Positions 22,631 through 31,995 of a stretch of DNA of 37,308 bases are shown here, piece by piece. The stretch spans positions 1 through 37,308 of the forward strand of contig JAEZJL010000160.1 of NCBI GenBank assembly GCA_023415815.1, in the 5' to 3' direction. The translations under genes and the position numbers were made by a program. The notes beneath the pieces are model-generated. The model had not been told where the DNA came from. It was given only the letters and a program-made list of their open reading frames with translations, and did no database searches. Every line of letters starts with the position of its first letter. Within the stretch, counting starts at the first letter, position 1. Origin of the DNA: Bacillota bacterium (lineage in GTDB: Bacteria > Bacillota > Clostridia > Acetivibrionales > DTU013).

Positions 22631-25600
22631 TCACAGCTCCCCTGTCATTTTCAATACCTTTTCCAGAAGGACCATCGTTTCGGCGCGCGTCACAGGGTCC
22701 TTGGGACCCAGAGTATCGGTAAACCTGCTTATGATCATGCCGTTCTCTACCGCAAATCTGAGCTTTGGCAGCAGCGCGGAGCTCGCCTGCCCGATGTCCT
22801 TATAGATATCCGTACTGTCTCCGGTGGCCTTGGCCGTGTCGGAGGTCTTGATTTCATACAGCCTGACCGCCATGGCTATCAGCTTTTCCCGCGTATATTC
22901 GGCGCCCGGCTTCTGGGAATCGGCATAGGATATCAGCCCGGCTTTTACGGCCTTGGTCATATAATCGTTATCATAGCTGTAATCCAGCATGTCGAGCATG
23001 AATTTGGCTGCGTCGCTGCCGGTGATGTATTTGTCCGGCTCGAATTTCCTGCCGGTTACTGCCTTCAGCTTGTGCGCCGACGCGACATTTGCGATGGAGC
23101 CCCTTGCCCAGCTTCCCTGGATATCGCTGAAATATTCCGAACCGGGCTCTCCGACTGCCATGCGCCCAGGCATCAGCGTTTCGAAGCTTAGTAGGCCTTT
23201 TCCCGTATCGGGATCATAAGTCCCTGTCGTCTCTTCTTTTCCCCAGGTTGTTGAATCCGCCGGCAGTACATATCCTGAGGTAATCCCCTCCTTGTACCAT
23301 TCGGCCGGCGTATAACCGTACAGTACCTTGAGCGGTCTGTTCAGCTCCCTGAAGGGCTTCAATCTGCCTTCGTACGTCCCTATTTCAAGCCCGGTCACGG
23401 GCGTCTTGAAATTCAGGTTTGTCGTATCGCTCCCCGACGTGGTTGCATTGAGTACAATTGAGGTTTCTATGTTCAGGTCCTCCAGGGCCGACCTACCGGA
23501 CTGCTTGCTGTCCCAGAGCAGGCCCGGCCTGTACACAAGGGTGTTTCTATCCGACTGGACGATTAGGTTTTCACCCAGCTGCGACAGGGCTTTGAATACC
23601 TTCCCCGCAATCATGAGGGAAATCCTGTCCGTCCCAGTGGGAGGAGACGTTAGGTTGATCATATAGTCCAGGTGGTTGTCGGTCTGGACATGCTCAACGA
23701 ACCTGTCGGCATTGACGCCTATGATACTGATCCTCCATATGCGGTTCACCGACGTAGGTTCCTTTATGATGTAATCGCCGCTGATGACATTTTCGATGTC
23801 CTCATCGGAATCATAGTCGTCATTGCTCCTTTCGGTCCTCACCACAACGCTCTGCGTGGGCTCCGACCTGAGCTTTTTTACAGGGTCATACGCGTACAGA
23901 CGCGCAAAATACCTGAAGTTTGAACGCAGGTTATCCGCCTTGTATTCGGAAGCTCCGGTTATGGTGTATTCCGTCGCATCCTTGTAGTCTAGGTCCTTTC
24001 CTATCTGGAGTATATATTGCATTCCGGTTTCCGGCAACCATTCATAGGTGATGCTGTTCTTGGTAATGGCGTCCTCCGTCCCCTTGACGCCGAATCCCTT
24101 CGGAGTAGCGGGCGGAATATCCGGCTTTGTCTTTACCGGCAAAGAATCGCTCCATTCTGACAGCGCGGTTTGACCGGAATCGTTCGAAGCCTCGGCCTGT
24201 ATCCAGAAGTAGTACAGCGTATTCTTAGTGAGTCCCGTGACCCTGTAATAAGGGGAAAGCAGAAGCTGCTCAGGGGTTACTTTGACGCTTGCGCCCGCGG
24301 AATTGATATTGTCAACCGTCCCGTATTTTATGTAGTAGTTGTACTGCGGGTTCACATTCCAGCCCAGATCCACATAGACGTCAGCGGCCTCATTATAATT
24401 GAAAACGGGTACTATGGGCTTTTCAAGCGTTTCGCCAAGGTCGGGCACGGTTGTGATTATTATCGGGTCCGAAGGGCCGGATACAAGACTGACGCTCCTT
24501 CTTGCCGCCCTTACCCATACGATATAGGTAGTGTTCGGTTCAAGCTCGCTTATGGTTATATTTATATTATGCTTCTGCCCGTCGGGAATAGCACCCTCCC
24601 TATTCACGTCCTCGGCGGGATCGTTGGGAGTGACAGGCGCCCCGGTGATCTTGTTCGTGGGAAGCTGTCCGATATTGTTATAGTTAATATCGGAGGTATA
24701 TTTTACGCAGCCCACGTCAATTGTGACACCGCCGTCATAAACGACCTGCCTGTATTCAAGAGGATTGGCCGCATGGTTTTCTATCGCGGTAACCAGATCC
24801 TTTCCCAACTGTGCCGGCGTCCTGTATACCCATGCGCCTTTGCCGCCTTCCAATATCATATATTGCTCATACCATTTGTCCTGAAGCTTTATCACGGCGG
24901 TATTCTCCGTGACGGCGTCAAGTCCCGCAGGGGTCTTCGCAAGCTCAAGCGGGGGCCTTCCAGGGACTACCGGCTGGTCTATCGGGCCGCTGGTCGGGGT
25001 TATGATGACCTTCATAGCCGGAAGGGACTGCAATGTAATCTCCTGCAGAACATTGTCGACAAATTCGACATAAGACTTTTTTGCAACTATTCTGAAATAG
25101 TAGGTTGAGTTAGGTACAAGGTTTGTAAGGGGATATTTATAGCCCAGAAGCATCGTTCCGCTCATTACGAAATTGCTTTCGGTCATTTTTACTGACGAAG
25201 CGATGAGGGTGCCTGCCGGAGGGTCGCTGATCATGTTAGGGTCGCTTATGAGCCAAATGTCGTACAAAACCTCCGTGTCAACCTCTCCGTTGCCCTTTTT
25301 GGGAGCCCTCCAGAGGATGGTCGCCCTGTCGGGCTTCAACCCTTCCTTATAGCTGATAATCGTGTTTCCGGCATTGGTAAACTCGTTTACAAGCTCCGGG
25401 ACGCCCGGAGTTGAAGGTATCTCGGAATCCCTGATATATATCCTCTGCGACTGTATCCTTATCCCGGGATACACGTCCTGTCCGTTCCTGGTAACCTGAG
25501 CCCTGATGATATAATAACTGGATAAATCCTCGGGCAGCACCGTAAGGAAAAATACGGTGTCGTCCACAGTGGCCATGTATTCCTCGATACCGTCCCCGTT

Positions 25601-26545
25601 GCTCTTGAATATCTGGTAGGATATATCGATGTCGGAATCCTCCATTCCGGATACGACACGGCTCCATTCCAGCTTCCAGATGGCGCCGAAATCGGTAACG
25701 GACATTTTGGTGGTCTTGGCGAGTATGAAGCTGCTGACGATCACCGTTGGGCTCTCGGGGGATTTTTTTAGCGCATCGTCGTTTATGTCCGGCACAATTT
25801 TTATATAGTACACCCTGCCCGGATCCCTGACCCTGTGTATGTACTCCAGTTTTCCTGCAGCCTCGTTTACGGTTACGGGGCCGTCCTGGCTTATCTGCTC
25901 CTGGCCTATGTATATCGGCGGCGTATTTGCAAAGGACTTATTTTCCGATACATACAGCTTGTAATCTATACGCCGCCCTGAATTCCAGACGTCGTCCCAT
26001 GAGATTTTTATCTGATTCGGCCCGTAGGGATAAGCTTCTATGGCAATATCGGTCAGAAATCTTACGGTATTTGAAGGCGCCGATTCCGGGCTGGTAAAAG
26101 TGCTGTTATCTATGGTGTACGTGTAATAAGCCCTGGAGTAAGCGGTATAAACCGTACCGGAGGTAAGCTGTACCAGTCTGCGCGTATTAAAGGTACCCTC
26201 GGCTGTATTCGCAGGTATGTTTCCATCTTTTAAAAACACGGGCCTATAAGGCTTATAAGCCTTGTTGGACTCCTGCAGATAATAGTTCAGGTAAATGCCC
26301 ACATTGCCGGATGGGCTTGGGTCCGGCTTGTCCTGAGCGTCGCTTTTCAGATCCACATAATACCCCTCTGAACCTCTGTTTCCGATAGGCGGCTGTATGT
26401 CGGGAGCCGTATTGTACAGGGCTTCCACCCTCAGATTTTTAGGTGGCGGCTGAATGGGATTCGCGGCATATACAGGGCCGTACCATCCGAGCTGGAATAT
26501 CGTTATCATTATGAGACTAAAGCAAAGGATTCTTTTGAGCTTCAT
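22631..26545 (-). CDS. Giant secreted protein with multiple FN3-like modules and C-terminal SLH repeats
   Basis: ORF 22631..26560. ATG 26545 lies 6 nt after GAGGGGG, giving the signal peptide MKLKRILCFSLIMITIFQLGWYGPVYA. FN3-like segments include NQIKISWDDVW...YKLYV and ITYEWLP...YFARLYAYD. The C-terminus has YFSDIQGSWARGSIANV... and ...GPKDPVTRAETMVLLEKV. Confidence 0.85.
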   Translation of the reverse strand: MKLKRILCFSLIMITIFQLGWYGPVYAANPIQPPPKNLRVEALYNTAPDIQPPIGNRGSEGYYVDLKSDAQDKPDPSPSGNVGIYLNYYLQESNKAYKPYRPVFLKDGNIPANTAEGTFNTRRLVQLTSGTVYTAYSRAYYTYTIDNSTFTSPESAPSNTVRFLTDIAIEAYPYGPNQIKISWDDVWNSGRRIDYKLYVSENKSFANTPPIYIGQEQISQDGPVTVNEAAGKLEYIHRVRDPGRVYYIKIVPDINDDALKKSPESPTVIVSSFILAKTTKMSVTDFGAIWKLEWSRVVSGMEDSDIDISYQIFKSNGDGIEEYMATVDDTVFFLTVLPEDLSSYYIIRAQVTRNGQDVYPGIRIQSQRIYIRDSEIPSTPGVPELVNEFTNAGNTIISYKEGLKPDRATILWRAPKKGNGEVDTEVLYDIWLISDPNMISDPPAGTLIASSVKMTESNFVMSGTMLLGYKYPLTNLVPNSTYYFRIVAKKSYVEFVDNVLQEITLQSLPAMKVIITPTSGPIDQPVVPGRPPLELAKTPAGLDAVTENTAVIKLQDKWYEQYMILEGGKGAWVYRTPAQLGKDLVTAIENHAANPLEYRQVVYDGGVTIDVGCVKYTSDINYNNIGQLPTNKITGAPVTPNDPAEDVNREGAIPDGQKHNINITISELEPNTTYIVWVRAARRSVSLVSGPSDPIIITTVPDLGETLEKPIVPVFNYNEAADVYVDLGWNVNPQYNYYIKYGTVDNINSAGASVKVTPEQLLLSPYYRVTGLTKNTLYYFWIQAEASNDSGQTALSEWSDSLPVKTKPDIPPATPKGFGVKGTEDAITKNSITYEWLPETGMQYILQIGKDLDYKDATEYTITGASEYKADNLRSNFRYFARLYAYDPVKKLRSEPTQSVVVRTERSNDDYDSDEDIENVISGDYIIKEPTSVNRIWRISIIGVNADRFVEHVQTDNHLDYMINLTSPPTGTDRISLMIAGKVFKALSQLGENLIVQSDRNTLVYRPGLLWDSKQSGRSALEDLNIETSIVLNATTSGSDTTNLNFKTPVTGLEIGTYEGRLKPFRELNRPLKVLYGYTPAEWYKEGITSGYVLPADSTTWGKEETTGTYDPDTGKGLLSFETLMPGRMAVGEPGSEYFSDIQGSWARGSIANVASAHKLKAVTGRKFEPDKYITGSDAAKFMLDMLDYSYDNDYMTKAVKAGLISYADSQKPGAEYTREKLIAMAVRLYEIKTSDTAKATGDSTDIYKDIGQASSALLPKLRFAVENGMIISRFTDTLGPKDPVTRAETMVLLEKVLKMTGEL

Positions 26546-26599
26546 ACATATCCCCCTCATTCGCAGCGTATATATCGTAGCATCCTCTTACTGCGCTTC

Positions 26600-29500
26600 T
26601 CACATATCTCCCGTCGTTTCCAGGAGCCTGACAAAGGCCACCGTGACCTCGGCCCTTGTCATACTGCCCTCCGGAGTGAAATTCCCGCTGCTGTCGGTAC
26701 TCATAATGCCCATATCGACAATCATCATTACAGGATTGTAGTAAGCGTCTTCTATGTCCGTATCATCGTTTATATAAATATTGCCGCCGGGTCTCAAACT
26801 GTCCGCGCTGACGCCTTTTTTGGAAGAAAAGAGCTTCAGCAGCACGGCCGCCGTTTCCTCCCGTTTGACATTTTTCATCGCGCCGTTTGGATTTATGATA
26901 CCGTCGAGCCCCAGCCTGACGGTCTTTTGCTTCAGGTCGAGCCCTGAATTCGCCGCCGACCTGCCGGTCACCTTCTCGTAAATCAGTATAACCTCCCTGC
27001 AGGTAACCTTGTTATCAGGCATAAAGGAGGTGCTCATACCTGAAAACACATCGCTCAGATCGTATTTTGAAGTGAGCCTGCCGATGTAATCCTTTGCCCA
27101 GTAGCCGTCCGGCACGCCCTTCATGCCGCCCTGCATGAGCAGCACCACATATTTGCCGGTCTTTATTACATTTATTGTGACGCTGCCTGGCTCTTGCGTA
27201 TTATTAGTAATTTTTTGCCATGAAGGTGTCCCGTCGTACAGCGCATAGGGAAGCTTCGTTCCCTGTACGTCGTTACAGTTCAGGCTTGCGGAAACCGGAG
27301 CGGCAAATTCGACGATGTTCTGTGTTGCGCTTGCCAGCCTGATTGATTCTATCGTATCGTCGATATAATCCGAGAGCTCGCTTTCAATCATCTTTACAAG
27401 CCTTTCGGTATATTCTTCCATTACCTTTGACGAGCCCGAGCCGCTTCCAATGTATGCGTTCTTAAGTATGTTCAGCTTCTCACCCACAAGGCCCTTATCT
27501 TCATCGTACAGCTTTTCATAAAACAGCTTTTTCAATTCGCTGTCGGTCCTGGACGAGCCTATTGCCTGCACTTCCAGGTCATTTACGCTTGAAATGCGCT
27601 CTCCCGACGTCGGGAAATTTGTGGGCTGTGCGTCGGTACGGGCCACGATCAGCCTCAAATAAAGATCCTTCACGCCCGTTTTTGCCAGAAGCTCCTTTAT
27701 CTGCTCGTTCTCCGACGCGTCAAGCGTGTCCGGCCTTAAAAGGAATTCCGCTCCGGGAGTCTTTATCAGAAGGCTCTTGCCCGAAGAATTCATCGCCCTC
27801 ACAACGCTGACAGGCACGTATACCTCGTCCTTGTCCATATTGATGTTGATGGCGTTCATATCAATAGTAAACGTGTCCTCGGACGTGTTTTGAAGAGCAT
27901 TCACCACCCTGTCGCCCTTCAGAAGGATCCTGTCGGCCGTACCGTTGTCTATGGCTATTCTCCAATAGTAACCCTGCTCAAGCTGCTTGATCCTGTCGAG
28001 GAAGATGGCTTCCTCTTTCTCTCCGTCATCGATATCGTCATAGTCGTCCTGGTTGAATTCCGTCCTTGAATTGACCGGCCCTATGTACTTGGAGTATGAA
28101 ACGATCGCGATATCCGCCGGATCCACCTTCACCGCGCGCACTTTTACATAGTATTTCACATTCGAGCGGAGCGGCTGATGGGTGGTCAGACCTCCCGGGA
28201 GCACTACCTCGGCCCCCTTTATCCTTGCATGGAAATAAATATTATCGGCGCCTACCGTCAGCGGAGTCTCCTCCGTGTAGTAGGGCAAAAGCTTTCCGTC
28301 CTTGTCGGAATAGTATTCAAGGTCGTTTCCGGATAAAATCGTATAGTCCGAAGAGCCCTCGGCCATGATTGCTATCTCATATCTTGAAAAATCATCCACG
28401 GGCGCGCCCGTCCATTTTACCTCAAGCTCATGGTAGCCATCCCTGGTCTGAAGACCGCTTTTTTCATACACGAGCGTGCCGCTGCTGCCCGCGCCTTTGA
28501 ACACCCTGACGTCGTAGGAGGAATTGAGCTTCAGGTTCAGAAGCCTGCCGTAGTATGTCATGCCGTCGGGATCCTTGATTATGGTGGTCTGTGACCTTGT
28601 CACCTGCTTGTACTCAGTATCGTTGGAGTTTTTTGCATATACGGTATAGTCTTCAGCCGTCATGCCCGGCGTGCCGTCCGTCCAGAAAAAGCCGAGTTCG
28701 GCGGAACTAACAGCCTCAAGCCTTTCAGGGGCCTGTATGAGATGGGTAGTTACAGGTATCGAAACCCACACGCTTTCCGCCCCCGCAGTGTAGCCCGCCG
28801 GGGTGCGGGTCACCCTGACGGCCTTTAGGCTGAAGTAATAAAGCTTGTTTGGAAACATTCTCCTGTCAACGGTATAGGTGCAGATTTTTGTGGCGCTGTC
28901 ATAGGTAAATTTGCCCGGGTCGGTCTGCCTGCCTGAGCCAGGCGCGGGGTCGAGATACACAAGGCCATTGTCAATGCCGTCGCTGGGCAGGTCGTATGCC
29001 TGCAGGAAGCTTGCATATTCAGGGTCGCTCGCATGGGCGTCAAGCAGATCGGCAGGGCTGACTTTCCTGCTTGTCCGTATCAGTTGATATGCGACGTCAT
29101 TCTCCTGCCGCCGCCAGGTAAAGGTAACACTGCTCCCCGAAATCATAGGATTGCCGTCCTTGTCCGAGGCTATCGAAAAATCGGTCGGAGCCAGCGGCTT
29201 GCGCGTGCTGTCGTCCGGCGGGTTTATATCCAGTACTATGGTTGTTACGGGAAGTATGGCTGTGTCCAGGGACTCCTTCATAGTACTGGAATTGTCGGAT
29301 TTTTTCGTTATCACAAGCCTTGTCTTTGCTTTGAAATAATAAGTCGTATTTGGCTTAAGGCTGCTGCCGAAAAGATTAATGGCCGAGGCTGTCGTGAATT
29401 TAATAACCCTGGCTTTAATCGATGTGCTGGCAGGGTCGTCCGCACCCGTGAATATGATATCCCCGTGCAGATTCTCAGTGCTGCCGACCAGTACAAAGGG

Positions 29501-31582
29501 CGTGTCCGTCCTTGAATTCATGTATATGTCATAGTATATGTTATAGTTATACAGCGATGTATTATAAGTGCTTGTATAAGCGTTCCAGTCAAGGTTCATT
29601 ACCTTGTCGAACTGCAAATCCACGTAGTTGACCGGCGGAGTGACGGAGGTATCCTTTCCGTTGGCCGCAAGCCCAAAGCTCATAGGCAGTGGAACATCCA
29701 GCTCCTCTCCGTTCAGGGTAGTGAAGCTTACAACGATGGATTTATCCGACATCTTTTCCGTCAGGGTCGTCCCGGCATCCGCCGCCGTCGTGGTATACAT
29801 CTGCAGATAATAGACCGTATTGGGTAGGAGGAAGGAAGGATAATTCTCAGGATTGGGAATATCCCCGGAGACGCCGCCGGCCTTTTCCCACCTGAACAGG
29901 TCAAAGGCGTCCAGGGTGTAGTACATCCGGTTTCCGACCACCGTGATTTTTGCATTGTCCGCGTTTATATATTTCACAAGCCTGAATTTGGGCGGATAGT
30001 TGCCCCAATGCATGCCGTTGACATAAAGAGCGGTGTCTGCGGCAATATCGGTCTGGCTCGTGCTCAACAGAAAATGAAAAGACAGACTCGAGCCGGTTGT
30101 ACTCCAGTTTAAAGGCTTCTCCCAGGATATTGTTACATCGCTGGATCTTATATTTATGGGAGTTCCCCCCGAAGGCGGAGCTTTCTGCTCCGTATGGAGC
30201 ATCCTGTTCGTTATCGCTATTCCCATGGGAAGCGGCGGCCTGCTGGTATCCACTACCAGCTTATACGGCATTTTCAGCGATTCAAGCCTGTCATTGGCGC
30301 CATCGGATTTTACCACAACCCTGTAAAACACCTCATTGTTAGGGTTGACGCCCGGTATGACGGTGACGGCGTAATCGCTGCCGCTGAAGTTAGAATCGAC
30401 CATGGTAGCCTTTACGGGCCAATCGCCCGGCAGGGATGAGCTGTTCGCCGCCTGCACCTCATAGTATAGCCTTGGCAGGTCGAGGCTTCCCTGATTTATT
30501 TTATATATCTTTACATAAATGTTGTTTGCGTTGTCCTTGGTGAGCTGGAACCTGATCGGAGTATACGTGTAGGGAACCGCTCCCGACAGCAAGCTGCCGT
30601 TATAATCTGATAGGTTTCCGACAGTAACCGCGTCCACATCCCCTCCGGAGGGATCATTATAATCGGGCATGATATTCATATAATAAACAGTACCCGGCAG
30701 CAGCTCATCGTCCGGCAGGGCGTTTTCGTTGCCGGGCAGGCGGGGGGGCACCATTGAACCTACATCGCTTCTGCCCCATAATTCAAAGCTCACATAATCG
30801 CTCGCATCGGGTAATGATACGGCAGCCGGGCTGGTGATGCTCTCGGATACGTTTGCGGTATATCCGCCGCCGTTGCTTTTAACAATAATCGATGACTTAT
30901 CGGAACCTGAGTTAAGCTTTTCCTCAACAGTCGAAATATTAATCTTGAAATCGAGCTTTGAAATTTGCTTTCCGTTGTTATAGATGCCTTTAATCGCGTC
31001 CTCCATCTGCTTCAGCATATCGGGATCATTTGCCAGAATAAATTTCCCCGTGGTGGTAGAATCATCGAACCATATTCGCGGTATCTTCCATTTGAGCTTG
31101 AGCTTGGGATTCTTTCCGGATTCCCTGCCCCCTCCCGGTATTTCATCATAGGGCTGCGCGGGAGCTTCGGAATAGAAGCTGATCTTCGGCAGGTAATACA
31201 GCAAACCCTCACCGATCCTGTTGCCGGTGGGATCGCCGTTTACGTCAAGAATATCGCTGTCATACAGGGCCACTCTGAGATCATAAATATAATCAGGCTT
31301 CAAACCGGTTATCGACGCCGTGTTCGTAGTCTGCTTGAGGACGATTTTCTGCATCGTACCCAAATTCGTGTTGTCGGGCGCATGATAGGTAATAACCGCA
31401 GCCTTGATCCCGGTAAGCTGCCCGACCTCCCAGTGAAAGTCAAGCTTGCCGTTGCTGTAGCTGTTCACAACGATTTTTACCGGCTCGGCCGCCGCGAACG
31501 ACGGCGTGAAGTCGCTGAAAAAGACTCCATATGTGAGTACTGCCGCAAGTATTGCCGCAACAGTTCTTCTTATTTTTTTCAT
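26600..31582 (-). CDS. Giant secreted protein (1660 aa) with multiple FN3-like modules and C-terminal SLH repeats
   Basis: Signal peptide MKKIRRTVAAILAAVLTYGVFFSDFTPSFAAA. FN3-like blocks include LDFHWEV...YDLRVALY, VTFTWRRQENDVAYQLIR and LGFFWTDG...YDVRVF. The C-terminus has VPDGYWAKDYIGRLTSKYDL...FMPDNKVTCREVILIYEKV and FTPEGSMTRAEVTVAFVRLLE. There are 54 bp between its stop and the start of the next gene. Confidence 0.85.
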   Translation of the reverse strand: MKKIRRTVAAILAAVLTYGVFFSDFTPSFAAAEPVKIVVNSYSNGKLDFHWEVGQLTGIKAAVITYHAPDNTNLGTMQKIVLKQTTNTASITGLKPDYIYDLRVALYDSDILDVNGDPTGNRIGEGLLYYLPKISFYSEAPAQPYDEIPGGGRESGKNPKLKLKWKIPRIWFDDSTTTGKFILANDPDMLKQMEDAIKGIYNNGKQISKLDFKINISTVEEKLNSGSDKSSIIVKSNGGGYTANVSESITSPAAVSLPDASDYVSFELWGRSDVGSMVPPRLPGNENALPDDELLPGTVYYMNIMPDYNDPSGGDVDAVTVGNLSDYNGSLLSGAVPYTYTPIRFQLTKDNANNIYVKIYKINQGSLDLPRLYYEVQAANSSSLPGDWPVKATMVDSNFSGSDYAVTVIPGVNPNNEVFYRVVVKSDGANDRLESLKMPYKLVVDTSRPPLPMGIAITNRMLHTEQKAPPSGGTPINIRSSDVTISWEKPLNWSTTGSSLSFHFLLSTSQTDIAADTALYVNGMHWGNYPPKFRLVKYINADNAKITVVGNRMYYTLDAFDLFRWEKAGGVSGDIPNPENYPSFLLPNTVYYLQMYTTTAADAGTTLTEKMSDKSIVVSFTTLNGEELDVPLPMSFGLAANGKDTSVTPPVNYVDLQFDKVMNLDWNAYTSTYNTSLYNYNIYYDIYMNSRTDTPFVLVGSTENLHGDIIFTGADDPASTSIKARVIKFTTASAINLFGSSLKPNTTYYFKAKTRLVITKKSDNSSTMKESLDTAILPVTTIVLDINPPDDSTRKPLAPTDFSIASDKDGNPMISGSSVTFTWRRQENDVAYQLIRTSRKVSPADLLDAHASDPEYASFLQAYDLPSDGIDNGLVYLDPAPGSGRQTDPGKFTYDSATKICTYTVDRRMFPNKLYYFSLKAVRVTRTPAGYTAGAESVWVSIPVTTHLIQAPERLEAVSSAELGFFWTDGTPGMTAEDYTVYAKNSNDTEYKQVTRSQTTIIKDPDGMTYYGRLLNLKLNSSYDVRVFKGAGSSGTLVYEKSGLQTRDGYHELEVKWTGAPVDDFSRYEIAIMAEGSSDYTILSGNDLEYYSDKDGKLLPYYTEETPLTVGADNIYFHARIKGAEVVLPGGLTTHQPLRSNVKYYVKVRAVKVDPADIAIVSYSKYIGPVNSRTEFNQDDYDDIDDGEKEEAIFLDRIKQLEQGYYWRIAIDNGTADRILLKGDRVVNALQNTSEDTFTIDMNAININMDKDEVYVPVSVVRAMNSSGKSLLIKTPGAEFLLRPDTLDASENEQIKELLAKTGVKDLYLRLIVARTDAQPTNFPTSGERISSVNDLEVQAIGSSRTDSELKKLFYEKLYDEDKGLVGEKLNILKNAYIGSGSGSSKVMEEYTERLVKMIESELSDYIDDTIESIRLASATQNIVEFAAPVSASLNCNDVQGTKLPYALYDGTPSWQKITNNTQEPGSVTINVIKTGKYVVLLMQGGMKGVPDGYWAKDYIGRLTSKYDLSDVFSGMSTSFMPDNKVTCREVILIYEKVTGRSAANSGLDLKQKTVRLGLDGIINPNGAMKNVKREETAAVLLKLFSSKKGVSADSLRPGGNIYINDDTDIEDAYYNPVMMIVDMGIMSTDSSGNFTPEGSMTRAEVTVAFVRLLETTGDM

Positions 31583-31686
31583 CGGTATACCCCCATGTTA
31601 TATGAAACATATGATTTTATAGAAACTGCCGTATCGGCATATTTCAGTTATTATATCGGCAAAAAATGGGCTGCGTTTAACTCTTA

Positions 31687-31695
31687 TGTTATAAT
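31687..31695 (+). promoter_or_regulatory. Candidate extended -10 box TGTTATAAT, 4 nt upstream of the minisatellite head
   Basis: Exact TGnTATAAT match, in the same position relative to GGGGACACACC as at 1722-1730. Confidence 0.3.
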
Positions 31696-31699
31696 GTAA

Positions 31700-31980
31700 G
31701 GGGACACACCTCTCCCGTCGGCGGACTGTGCGTCGAGGTATGTCCCCTTTCGACGCTGAAGCTGGACTTGATACCCGGCCTTGACGGGCCGAACGTTGGG
31801 ATATGTTCCTTTTGACGCTGAAGCTGGACTTGAATACCCGGCTTTAGAGGCTGGGCGTCGGGATATGTCCCCTTTTGACGTTAAAGCTGGACTTGATACC
31901 CGGCTTTAGAGGCTGGGCGTCGGGGTATGTCCCCTTTTGACGCTGAAGCTGGACTTGAATATCCGGCTTAGGCGGACTAT
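31700..31980 (+). repeat. Minisatellite array 3: head plus ~4.5 units of 62-63 bp
   Basis: The head is GGGGACACACCTCTCCCGTCGGCGGACTGTGCGTCGAG. Units are marked by TATG at 31739, 31802, 31864 and 31926. The array runs into the GAAGGAGG ribosome-binding site of the response regulator. Confidence 0.9.
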
Positions 31981-31995
31981 GTGAAGGAGGTTTGG

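Noticed and set aside
22631-31582. A diversity-generating retroelement or other hypervariation system acting on the giant surface genes.
   Set aside because: No reverse transcriptase is in the window. I saw no template/variable repeat pair near either 3' end. The only repeats nearby are the intergenic minisatellites.
7207-31699. Long ORFs lie antisense to confident genes: 7207..8016, 7628..8080, 8096..8674, 9025..9834, 15564..16220, 16016..16654, 20164..21012, 24170..25108 and 30965..31699.
   Set aside because: Each lies opposite a gene with strong family motifs (rhaD, YkgJ-like, ABC-LytTR, mreB, murA, the giant FN3/SLH genes). They lack ribosome-binding sites and recognisable motifs.
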